NCBI RefSeq assembly: GCF_009914755.1
Contig: NC_060943.1
Direction: 5' to 3' (one strand)
Source of the DNA: the human T2T-CHM13v2.0 reference genome, Homo sapiens
Length of the DNA: 64,000 nucleotides
Part shown: in pieces, positions 1-27,035 of the stretch
Numbering within the stretch: position 1 is the first letter of the stretch
Layout of the letters: each line of letters starts with the position of its first letter
The notes under the pieces: generated by a model
What the model was told of the DNA's origin: nothing
The model's input: only the letters and a program-made list of their open reading frames with translations
The model's database searches: none
Translations under genes and position numbers: made by a program

Positions 1-407
<407 letters not shown>

Positions 408-623
408 TCACCTGGCTACAAATATATATTTGTGTATTTTTTTCTAAGTGTTCAGTGTTCTTTGGGTAAAAATTGTATTTTTGTTTTTTGCATATCAGAA
501 ACCATACTGTTTTATTCATCCATGTGTCTTCTGTGCACACAGTAGCCCTCCAATGAATAATCTGAAATCATGTTGAATGAACACATTGAAAAATCAAAAA
601 TAAGAGGCTGTGGCAGGGCCACT

Positions 624-762
624 GATATGGTTTGGCTCTGTGTCCCCAACCAAATCTCATCCTGAATTATAATCCCCATGTGTCCAGGGAGGGACCTGTA
701 ATCCCCACATGTCGGGGAAGGGAGGTGGTTGGATCACGGGGGTGGTTTCCCCCATGCTATTC
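624..762. mobile_element. ERVL-MaLR LTR fragment (THE1/MST type)
   Basis: Begins tgatatggtttggctctgtgtccccaaccaaatctcatcctgaatt, the characteristic THE1/MST LTR terminus. It carries a small internal duplication (taatcccca...gtc...ggga twice). Confidence 0.8.
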
Positions 763-789
763 TTTTTTTTTTTTTTTTGCCTTCAAAAA

Positions 790-1152
790 GTTTATTTTAT
801 TTTATTTTATTATTATTATACTTTAAGTTTTAGGGTACTTGTGCACAACGTGCAGGTTTGTTACATATGTATACATGTGCCATGTTGGTGTGCTGCACCC
901 ATTAACTCGTCATTTAGCATTAGGTATATCTCCTAATGCTATCCCTCCCCCCTCCCCCCACCCCACAACAGTCCCCGGTGTGTGATGTTCCCTTTCCTGT
1001 GTCCATGTGGTCTCATTGTTCACTTCCCACCTATGAGTGAGAACATGCGGTGTTTGGTTTTTTGTCCTTGAGATAGTTTGCTGAGAATGATGGTTTCCAG
1101 TTTCATCCATGTCCCTACAAAGGACACGAACTCATCATTTTTTATGGCTGCG
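790..1152 (-). mobile_element. L1PA (young primate LINE-1) 3' end, 5'-truncated
   Basis: tattattatactttaagttttagggtac...gtgcaggtttgttacatatg...cccccccaccccacaacagtccccggtgtgtgatgttc...gagaatgatggtttccag is the reverse complement of the L1PA 3'UTR and ORF2 end. Confidence 0.93.
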
Positions 1153-1267
1153 TAAAAATTATATTTTTAACTTTACTTTTATACATTTAAACTAGCATTT
1201 ATTAGGCTGGGCTTGGTGGCTCACGCCTGTAATCCCAGTACTTTGGGAGGCTGAAGCGGGCGGATCA

Positions 1268-2050
<783 letters not shown>

Positions 2051-2382
2051 TTTTATATTGTAAAATATACAAAATAAATAAAACGAATTTGTGTTTTGTT
2101 TTGTTTTGAGTCAGAGTCTCGCTCTGTCTCCCAGGTGAGAGTACAGTGATGCAATCTTGGCTCACTGCAACCTCTGCCTCCCAGATTCAAGGGATTTTCG
2201 AGCCTCTGCCTCCTAAGTAGCTGGGACCACAGGCGCAAGCCACCAAGCCTGGCTGATTTTCATATTTTACTAGAGACGGGGTTTCACCACGTTGGTAAGG
2301 CTGGTCTCAAACTCCTGACCTTAAGTGATCTGCCCACTTCAGCCTCCCAAAGTGCTAGGATTACAGGTGTGAGCCACCATGA

Positions 2383-2589
<207 letters not shown>

Positions 2590-3518
2590 TAGTAGAGAGG
2601 GGGTTTCACCGTGTTAGCCAGGATGGTCTCGATCGCCTGACCTTGTGATCCACCCGCCTCGGCCTCCCAAAGTGCTGGGATTACAGGCATGAGCCACCGC
2701 GCCTGGCCTGTTGTTTTTGTTTTTAATCACACACGCACACCTTCTCTACCCCCACAAAAAATAACTGCAGTTTTCTCAAGACATGAATGTTCATAGCAAC
2801 ACCACATATATATGTCATTACCAAGCTGGAAATAGCTCACACCCAATGTCCATCTGAAGTAGAATGGACACCTAAATTATGCTGTTTCAGCCAATGGAAT
2901 ACTACACAGGAATGAAAGAGCAAATATTACATCTTCTCACAGAAGATGGATGATGCTTATAAGCATAATGTGCAACAAAGGAAGAGGACCTATATGATTG
3001 CTTTTTAAATTTTATTTTTTTGAGACAGGGTATTGCTCTGTTGCCCAGGCTAGAGTGCCCTGGCTCGGTCATAGCTCACTGCAGCCTTGAATTCCTGGGC
3101 TCAAGCAATCCTCCCGCCTCAGTCTCTTCAGTAGCAAGACTATAGGCATGAACCGCTACTCCCACCTACATTTTAAATTTTTTTGTAGAGACGGGGTTTC
3201 TCTATGTTACCCAGGTTGGTCTTGAACTCCTGGGCTCACCTCCCCTCCCCTCCCCTCCTTTCTTGACAGGGTCTCACTGTTGCCCAGGCTGGAGTACACT
3301 GGCATATCACTGCAGCCTCAATCTCCTGGTCTCAAGTGGTCCTCCCACCTCGGGCTCCTAAGTAGCTGGAACTTCAGGCACTCACCATCAAGCCTGGCTA
3401 ATTTTTGTATTATTTGTAGAGATAGAGTCTCAATATGTTGCCCAGGGTGGTCCTGAATTCTGGGACCCAAGTTATCCTCCCACCTTGGCCTCCCAAAATG
3501 TTGGGATTACAGGTATGA

Positions 3519-4013
<495 letters not shown>

Positions 4014-4427
4014 TAACTGGCTTATTTTTTATTTTGAGACAGAGTCTTGCTCTGTTGTCCAGGCTGAAGTGCAGTGGCACAATTATTATAACTGGCTGCA
4101 GAATCGACCTCCTGGACTCAAGTGATACTCCCACCTCAGCCTCTCAAGTAGCTGAAACTACAGGTGCTCACCTGGCTAATTTTTTTTTTTTTTTTTTTTT
4201 TTTTTTGAGACAGGGTTTCGCTCTGTCGCCCAAGCTAGAGTGCAGGGGCGCCATCTCGGCTCACTACAAGCTCCGCCGCCCGGGTTCACGCCATTCTTCT
4301 GCCTCAGCCTCCCGAGTAGCTGGGACTACAGGCGCCCGCCACCACGCCCGGCTAATTTTTTGTATTTTTAGTAGAGACGGGGTTTCACCATGTTAGCCAG
4401 GTTGGTCTCGATCTCCTGACCTCGTGA

Positions 4428-4667
<240 letters not shown>

Positions 4668-4670
4668 TAG

Positions 4671-5090
<420 letters not shown>

Positions 5091-5740
5091 TGACCTCAAG
5101 TGATCTGCCCACCTCAGCCTCCCAAAGTGCTGGGATTACAGGTGTGAGCCACCGTGCTTGGCATATCCTAAAGTTTCATCCATGTTGTAGCACGTGTCCG
5201 AATTTCTTTTTTTCTTTTTTTTGTATTTTTAGTAGAGACGGGGTTTCCCCGCATTAGCCAGGATGGTCTCAATCTCCTGACCTCATGATCCGCCCGCCTC
5301 AGCCTCCCAAAGTGCTGGGATTACAGGCTTGAGCCACCGCACCCGGCCAACGTGTCAGTATTTCTTTCCTAGCCTGGGCAACACTGTGAAACCCTGTCTC
5401 TCCAAAAAATACAAAAATTAGCTGGCTATGGTGGTGCATCCCTGTAGTCCCTCCTACTTGGGAGGCTGAGGTGGGAGGTCAATTGAGCCTGGGCGGTGAA
5501 GTCTGCAGTGAGCTGTGAGTATGTCAGTGCACTCCAGACTGGGTGACAGAGCGAGACTGTCTCAAAAAAATTTTTTTTTTTCCTTTTTAAGGCTGAATGC
5601 TATTCCATTGTATGAATGGACCACATTTTTTTTTTCCCAATTGCAGATGTCAGGCTGAAAGAATGGACCACATTTTAGGCTGGGCACGATGGCTCATGCC
5701 TGTAATCCCAGCACTTTGGGAGGCCGAGGCAGGCGGATTA

Positions 5741-6039
<299 letters not shown>

Positions 6040-6065
6040 TCAGGAGATCGAGATCATCCTGGCTA

Positions 6066-6296
<231 letters not shown>

Positions 6297-6375
6297 TTAT
6301 CTGTACGTGGACATTTGAGCTGTCTCCAATTTTTGCCTATTGTGAATAATGATCTTATGAACATGGGTGTACAGC

Positions 6376-6480
6376 ATTTCTTCTTCTTCTTCTCCTTCTT
6401 CTCCTTCTCCTTCTTCTTCTCTTTCTCCTTCTCCTTCTTGTTCTTCTCCTTCTTCTTCTTTCTTCTTTCTTCTTCTTTTT
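6376..6480. repeat. (TTC/CTC)n low-complexity repeat
   Basis: ttcttcttcttcttctccttcttctcc... before an antisense Alu. Confidence 0.9.
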
Positions 6481-7075
6481 ATGAGACAGAATCTTACTGT
6501 GTCATCCAGGCTGGAGTGCAGTGGCACGATCTTGGCTCACAGCAACCTCTGCTAGGTTCAAGCGATTCTCTTGCCTCAGCTTCCCAAGTAACTGGGAGTA
6601 CGACCGGGCACAGTGGCTCACGCCTGTAACCCCAGCACTTTGGGAGGCCAAGGTGGGTGGATCACCTGAGATCAGGAGTGTGCACCACCACGCCGAGCTA
6701 ATTTTTTTTTGTATTTTTAGTAGAGATGAGATTTCGCCATGTTGGCCAGGCTGGTCTCAAACTCCTGGCCTCAAGTGATCTGCCCACCTCCACCTCCCGA
6801 AGTGCTGAGGCTTTTATTCTTTTTTTCCCCGCTGAGACAGAGTCTTGCTCTGTCACCCAGGCTGGAGTGTAGTGGTGCAATCTCAAGTCACTGCAACCTC
6901 TGCCTCCCAGGTTGAAGCAATTCTCCTGCCTCAGCCTCCGGAGTAACTGGGATTACAGGCACACGCCACCACGCCCAGATAATTTTTGTATTGTTAGTAG
7001 AGACAGGGTTTCACCATGTTGGCCAGGCTGGTCTTGAACTCTTGACCTGGTGATCCACCTGCATTGGCCTCCTAG

Positions 7076-7370
<295 letters not shown>

Positions 7371-7529
7371 TGATCCACCCACCTTGGCCTCCCAAAGTGC
7401 TGGGATTACAGGCGTGAGCCACTGTGCCCATCCTCAGGTGTTTATTCTTAGTGAAATAAAGTAGCATAGAATCAAATTACCAGATTGTTTCTAGTAATTA
7501 CTGTCACACTGTGGGCCTCCTCCTGAGGC

Positions 7530-7925
7530 TTTTTTCTGAGGGAGATGAGAGCCATGGAAGGTTCTCATCACAGGGACCAGTCTTGACTCAGGTGCTCACA
7601 GGCGCCCTCTGGCCGCTGTGGGGGGAATAAACTGTGGGGGGCCGGTGGCCAGGGCGGGAACTGGGAGACCTGGAAGGAAGCGACTGCACTGATCCAGGTA
7701 GGGGGACAAGGAGTGGGTGAGAAGCGGGCGGATTCTGGGTAGATTCTGGAGCTGACCGGAGTTACTGTCATATAAGATTGGGGGCGGGGATGGGTGTTAG
7801 AGAAAGAGATCGGTCAAAGGTGCTCTCCAAAGTTTGGAGCCTTAGCACCTGGCAGGACAGAGCTGCCTTTAACTGGGTCTAGAGGACAGCAGAAGGGCAG
7901 GTTGGGGGACAGTCAGGAGCTGGGA
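7530..7925. mobile_element. L2 (LINE-2) fragment
   Basis: ctctggccgctgtg...ggagacctggaaggaagcgactgcactgatccagg...gtgagaagcgggcggattctgggtagattctggag...agaaagagatcggtcaaaggtgctctccaaagtttgg...gagctgcctttaactg follows the L2 ORF2-end consensus. Confidence 0.75.
7600..7618 (-). promoter_or_regulatory. Candidate CTCF motif (inside L2)
   Basis: Minus strand reads CAGCGGCCAGAGGGCGCC, matching the CTCF core CCAGAGGGCGC. Confidence 0.5.
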
Positions 7926-7959
7926 TGTAGCAGAGCTGGGTGGGAAGCACGCCCGCCCC

Positions 7960-8200
7960 TCCAGGCTTGGCCTCTGGGAGGCGGGTGTCCTGGGCGCGGC
8001 CGCCGCACAGTCCCGGGAGCCGCCGCCAGAGGGCGAGCACGCCGCATCGCACTCGCAGCTCCGTGGAGGGGAGGGCGCGGGAAAGGCTGGCCTGGTCTCT
8101 TCCCACGGCCCCCCGGCCTCCAAGCTCCTCACCTGGGTGCGAGATAGAGGTGCCAGGATCCAGCCAGGACCCCCCAGACACCTCCGGGGCCCCAAAGCCT
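7960..8200. promoter_or_regulatory. Small CpG-rich element with a candidate CTCF motif (8020-8038, +)
   Basis: CpG-dense non-Alu segment containing GCCGCCAGAGGGCGAG. Confidence 0.5.
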
Positions 8201-8444
8201 GGGATACGACTCTCACCCTCTTTATCTGCTTCTAACACTCCCAACCTCCACCCCCACACCAAGCTGTTCCCACCGCCTCCAGCGCCATCTCAGGTGTCTG
8301 TAAAAATGCCACCTACTCGGGGAGGCCTTCCCTGACCACCCTGGAGACAGAAGCCCCCGCCCTGACGCCTCTAAGGAACATCCCATTTTAGCAGCTTCTT
8401 AATCAAGACTGTGAAATGATCTTTATTATTATTATTATTAATAT

Positions 8445-11785
<3,341 letters not shown>

Positions 11786-11939
11786 AAAGTGTGCTTTTGC
11801 TAATTGGAGAATCGGGGTCCCAGGACTGGAAATGCAGCTGCCCAGGGTCTTCAGACATTGTGTGTCTCGGCCCCTGGCCCCAGACCTGTCTTTCCTGGTC
11901 CCCACAGCTCGCACACAGCAGGACCAGCCCCCATGTCTC

Positions 11940-12163
11940 TCAGCAAGTTGGGAGGAGGTGTGGGAACCCAGCTGGTCTGAATTTACTCTCCTCCCCCGCT
12001 GTGGGTCTACAGAAATGCCTCCCAGGCTATCCAGGAGGGGCCAAGAGATTAAAAGCAGGTTCAGAAGGCTCAGATGCCACTCACCAGACAGCAGGGTCGA
12101 CTGCTAGTGACCTTGAGCCCAGTCCGGACAGACAGACAGGCAGACAGACGCACGGACAAGCAG
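11940..12163 (+). promoter_or_regulatory. DAND5: DAND5 proximal promoter and 5'UTR (RBPJ-type TGTGGGAA 11959-11966, TATA-like ATTAAAAG 12048-12055, GACA array 12127-12158)
   Basis: Short unique sequence between the last Alu and the DAND5 ATG. Motifs were read directly; the TSS is inferred about 25-30 nt downstream of the TATA-like element. Confidence 0.55.
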
Positions 12164-12487
12164 ATGCTCCTTGGCCAGCTATCCACTCTTCTGTGCCTGC
12201 TTAGCGGGGCCCTGCCTACAGGCTCAGGGAGGCCTGAACCCCAGTCTCCTCGACCTCAGTCCTGGGCTGCAGCCAATCAGACCTGGGCTCTGGGCCCAGG
12301 GGCCCTGCCCCCACTGGTGCCAGCTTCTGCCCTTGGGAGCTGGAAGGCCTTCTTGGGCCTGCAGAAAGCCAGGCAGCTGGGGATGGGCAGGCTGCAGCGT
12401 GGGCAAGACGAGGTGGCTGCTGTGACTCTGCCGCTGAACCCTCAGGAAGTGATCCAGGGGATGTGTAAGGCTGTGCCCTTCGTTCAG
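12164..12487 (+). CDS. DAND5: DAND5 (Cerberus-like 2/Coco, DAN-family Nodal/BMP antagonist), coding exon 1, aa 1-108
   Basis: MLLGQLSTLLCLLSGALPTGSG signal peptide, NQT sequon, ...VTLPLNPQEVIQGMCKAVPFVQ. Ends at the canonical donor CAG|GTGAGT (12487/12488), phase 0. Confidence 0.97.
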
Positions 12488-12559
12488 GTGAGTGGGTGGG
12501 TGTGGGGAGGAGAGGGCTGGGTCTCACCATTGGCAGAAGGCACAGGCTGTGGCCCAAGA

Positions 12560-12925
12560 AAGATTTGGGTTCAAGTCCTGTATCCTCCACCTGAATGTCT
12601 CGGTGCCTCAGTTTCCTCCCTTGTAAAATGCGACCCAAGCCTCCTCTATCCTGGTCTCCTTGATTCCACTATCATGCCCCTCTCCACCCCCCAGTCTATT
12701 TTTCCACTCAGCAGCCAGAGGGTGCCTGTGAACACCAGAGTCAGATCTGGTTCCCCCTCCCCCTAGAACCTTGCATGACTCCCACTTTACTCAGAACAAA
12801 AGCCCAAGTCCTCTTCACAGCCCACAAATTTCTGTACTCTCTGATCCTGTTACCTCCCTGATTTCACCTCCTCCCACTCTCCCCCTCAGTTACTTTGCTT
12901 CTACACATCAGCCTCCTTTTCCTCA
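12560..12925. mobile_element. MIR fragment (~12560-12635) and L2 fragment (~12680-12925) in the DAND5 intron
   Basis: gggttcaagtcctg...tgcctcagtttcctcccttgtaaaatg is the MIR core. ccagtctatttttccactcagcagccagagggtgcctgtgaacaccagagtcagatc...actcagaacaaaagcccaagtcctc is L2, in the opposite orientation to the 7.6-kb copy. Confidence 0.7.
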
Positions 12926-12944
12926 GACACCAACTTTCTTTCTG

Positions 12945-15665
<2,721 letters not shown>

Positions 15666-15684
15666 TTGTTGAATTTCAATGATT

Positions 15685-15790
15685 TTCCAGGTGAGGAAAC
15701 AAAAGCTCAGAGAGGCTAAGTAATTTGCCCCATGTCTCAGCCAAGAGACAGCAGAGTCAGGATTTGAACCCAGGCAGCCTGGCTGCAGCA
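15685..15790. mobile_element. MIR fragment
   Basis: caggtgaggaaacaaaagctcagagaggctaagtaatttgccc...cagagtcaggatttgaacccaggcagcctggct is MIR consensus. Confidence 0.85.
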
Positions 15791-15891
15791 TCCATGCCTG
15801 TCAAGGTGGGGTGGAAGTGGACAGGTGATTATCCTCGCCACTCTGGCCCCAAACTCCGCCACCCTGACCGTCTCCATGCCTCCGGCCCCAG

Positions 15892-16137
15892 GTGTTCTCC
15901 CGGCCCGGCTGCTCAGCCATACGCCTCCGAAATCATCTGTGCTTTGGTCATTGCTCCTCTCTCTACATCCCTGGCTCGGACCCCACCCCACTAGTCCTGT
16001 GCAACAGCTGTATGCCTGCTCGCAAGCGTTGGGCACCCGTGGTCCTGTGGTGTCTCACTGGCAGCTCAGCCTCCCGTCGACGGGTGAAGATATCCACCAT
16101 GCTGATCGAGGGGTGTCACTGCAGCCCAAAAGCATGA
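15892..16137 (+). CDS. DAND5: DAND5 coding exon 2, aa 109-189 plus stop (DAN/cystine-knot domain)
   Basis: Acceptor ccccag|GTG at 15891/15892 with branch-like ccctgac at ~15862. Translation VFSRPGCSAIRLRNHLCFGHCSSLYIP...CNSCMPARKR...WC...IEGCHCSPKA* has the CxGxC and CxC cystine-knot signature. Spliced length 189 aa. Codon 152 (16021-16023) is CGC/Arg. Confidence 0.97.
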   Translation: MFSRPGCSAIRLRNHLCFGHCSSLYIPGSDPTPLVLCNSCMPARKRWAPVVLWCLTGSSASRRRVKISTMLIEGCHCSPKA

Positions 16138-17265
<1,128 letters not shown>

Positions 17266-18574
17266 ATATGTGCATCTGTTTGTTCCTCCAACTGGGGTTC
17301 CCTGGGAGTGGGTGGCCCCATGACAGGGTGTGGGCATCTGAGTGCTCCCTCCCCAGCTGGGGCTCAGGGTCTTCAGCGGGCGAGGGCGGCCTGGCTTTGG
17401 GCGGCTGGAACCAGGGCCCTGGCAGATGGGCCTGTCTGGCACAGACGCAGGGACATGTGGCGTTGTCAGTGTTGCCTCCAAATGCCCCCCGGAGCGTGGG
17501 GCGGGGAGCCGGCCAGGCCCTTCTCAGCCCTCTTCCTGCCTCAGGAAGGAAGGCCTCAGGTGAGGGGAGCAGGAGGGGACCCGAGGAAACAGATGGGCCA
17601 GTGGGGCGTGGGAGCCTGAGACCCCTGACCTCACAGGCCTCACAGAGAGATGGGAACGGGACAGGCAGGCAGCTCCCAAGGCCCCTTGCTCGAAGGGCCC
17701 TGGAGGGGAGGGTCATGAAGGGCTCTGGGGGGGCTGCCCCATCCCTGTTCCCTCCAGAGTTCTGTGCCAAACCCCAGGCAGTGTCCGAGTGGGCAGCTCA
17801 GCCCTGGCACCATGGGCAAGCCCCCCTCTGGTGGGCATGAGGCATTTGCCTTCCCTCCCTCTGCTGTGCCCACCTCCTGCCAGCCAGGGGAGCCAGCTGG
17901 GAACCTTGGTGCCAGGGGAGCCCCCAGAGTCCCTGTCCCCTCCCGGGCAGTGCCAGCCGGCCCCTGCCCCGCCCCCCCAGGCCCAGTAATGGGTGGGTAA
18001 TGAGTGCTGGGGGAGCGGGGGAGGGGCAGGGGATGCAGGTGCCACAGGCGCTGGCACGGGGGCCGCTAATCAGGTTTGCCAACGCCATCTGTCACCGCAC
18101 GAGCATCTGGGGCTCAAGGTGACCCTGTCACCCTCAGTTACAATTATGAGTTTGGCATCTGTATTAAAGCCCGCCAGCCGGCCAGGCGGGGGACGGCTGG
18201 GGTGGGCACGGGGTTGCACGGTGAACCCCATCCCTGGGGTACCCTTCCCAGGGGCTGCGTGGCTGCCAGGCGTGGAGCTTCTTAGGGGACTATGTCTGTG
18301 TGTGTATGTGTGTGTGTGTGCACACCCATCCCAGTCTCCACAATTCTTAAAGTGTGTCCGGGTGCAGGGCTGGAAATCATAGGTTTGTGTGTGTCTCCAT
18401 GGTGGCTGTGTGTCTAGGAGTTTGGTGGGCTGGCTGGGGGCGGAGCTCTGAGATTTTGTGGGTGCACAGATGTTCGTGCATCTGCATGCTGGGACAAGAA
18501 CGTATGGAGGAGGGTGTCTCTTTGGATGATGGTGTGTCTTTTTCTTTTATTAGTAGTATTAATTATTATTCTTA

Positions 18575-26015
<7,441 letters not shown>

Positions 26016-26019
26016 TGTC

Positions 26020-26260
26020 GGCCCGGGTGGGTCCGGGTGGGTCCGGGACGGCCCGGCCCGGGCGCCGCGGCGAACAATGCCCCATTCACGCGGGCCGCCG
26101 GCGCCATGGCAACGCGCCCGCCCCGCCCTCCCTGCGCGCGGGCCGCGCGTGCCAAGAGGATGCCATGGTTACGTCAGGCGCGTGCCCGTCGCGCGCGCCG
26201 CCGTCCCGCGCGCTCTTGCAGGGAGGGGCCAGGCCAGCAGGGGGCGCGCGGCAGTAGCCT
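26020..26260. promoter_or_regulatory. Orphan CpG island / candidate enhancer-insulator with SOX, two RFX, CRE-like and CTCF motifs
   Basis: Very CpG-dense ~240 bp. AACAATG 26073-26079; GGCGCCATGGCAAC 26100-26113; GATGCCATGGTTAC 26159-26172; TTACGTCA 26169-26176; AGGCCAGCAGGGGGCGCG 26231-26248. Confidence 0.75.
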
Positions 26261-26679
26261 CTGCCCGGAGTCAGAAGGGGCGGTCTTCCCCACTTCAAGG
26301 GGCCTTCAGCTGCTTAGTGCCTCAGTTTCCCCATCTGTAAAACGGGGGCGATGGGCAAAGCTAGATCGGAGTGTGAAAGAGACAGAAGGAGGAAGGGAGA
26401 AAGGGGAAGAAGGCGGCGGTGCTCCTTGGGGATGGTTGTGTGTCTGAGTTTGCATGAGTCAGTGGGTATATGTGTGTGCGAATTTGTGGGTCCATGTTTG
26501 CGCGCTTGTGTGGGTGTTTTATGAGAAGTTGAGAAGTGGTTGGTTGTAATTTGGGGGTGACTTGGGGCCCATGTGTTTGGAAGTGTGTGTGTTTGTATTT
26601 GCACACTTGTGTGTGATGGTATTAGCCGGTATCATTTGTGTGTGATAATGTGTCCGTGTGTTTGTGGTCCTGTGATTGT

Positions 26680-27035
26680 GCACCCCATGTTTGCCTGTCT
26701 GGTGTGTGGTGTGTATAGTGGGTGTCTGTGGTTTGGGTGTGGTTGTGGGTTCGGGGAACTATGTGTCCCATGTTTGCATGTCTGGGGTGTGTGTGTGTGT
26801 GTGTGTGTGTGGTGGGTGTCTATAATTTGGGTGTGGTTGTGAGTTCATGTAACTGAACCCCATGTCTGCATGTCTGGTGTGTGTATGTGTATGATGGGTG
26901 TCTGTGGTTTGGGTGTGGTCGTATGGTTGTGAGTTCATGTGACTGTGCACCATGTTTGCATGTCTGGTGTGTGTGTGTGTGTGTGGTGGGTGTCTATGGT
27001 TTGGATGTGGTGTGTGTGGCTGTGTTTGCATGCCT
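26680..27035. repeat. Diverged tandem repeat, 4 copies of ~85-90 bp
   Basis: The unit ccatgtttgcatgtctggtgtg(tg)n-gtgggtgtct(a/g)tggtttgggtgtggttgtg starts at ~26685, 26768, 26860 and 26950. Confidence 0.85.

Noticed and set aside
12488-12766. Continuation of the 230-aa ORF past VPFVQ
   Set aside because: It is read-through into the DAND5 intron beyond a consensus GTGAGT donor and runs through MIR and L2 sequence.
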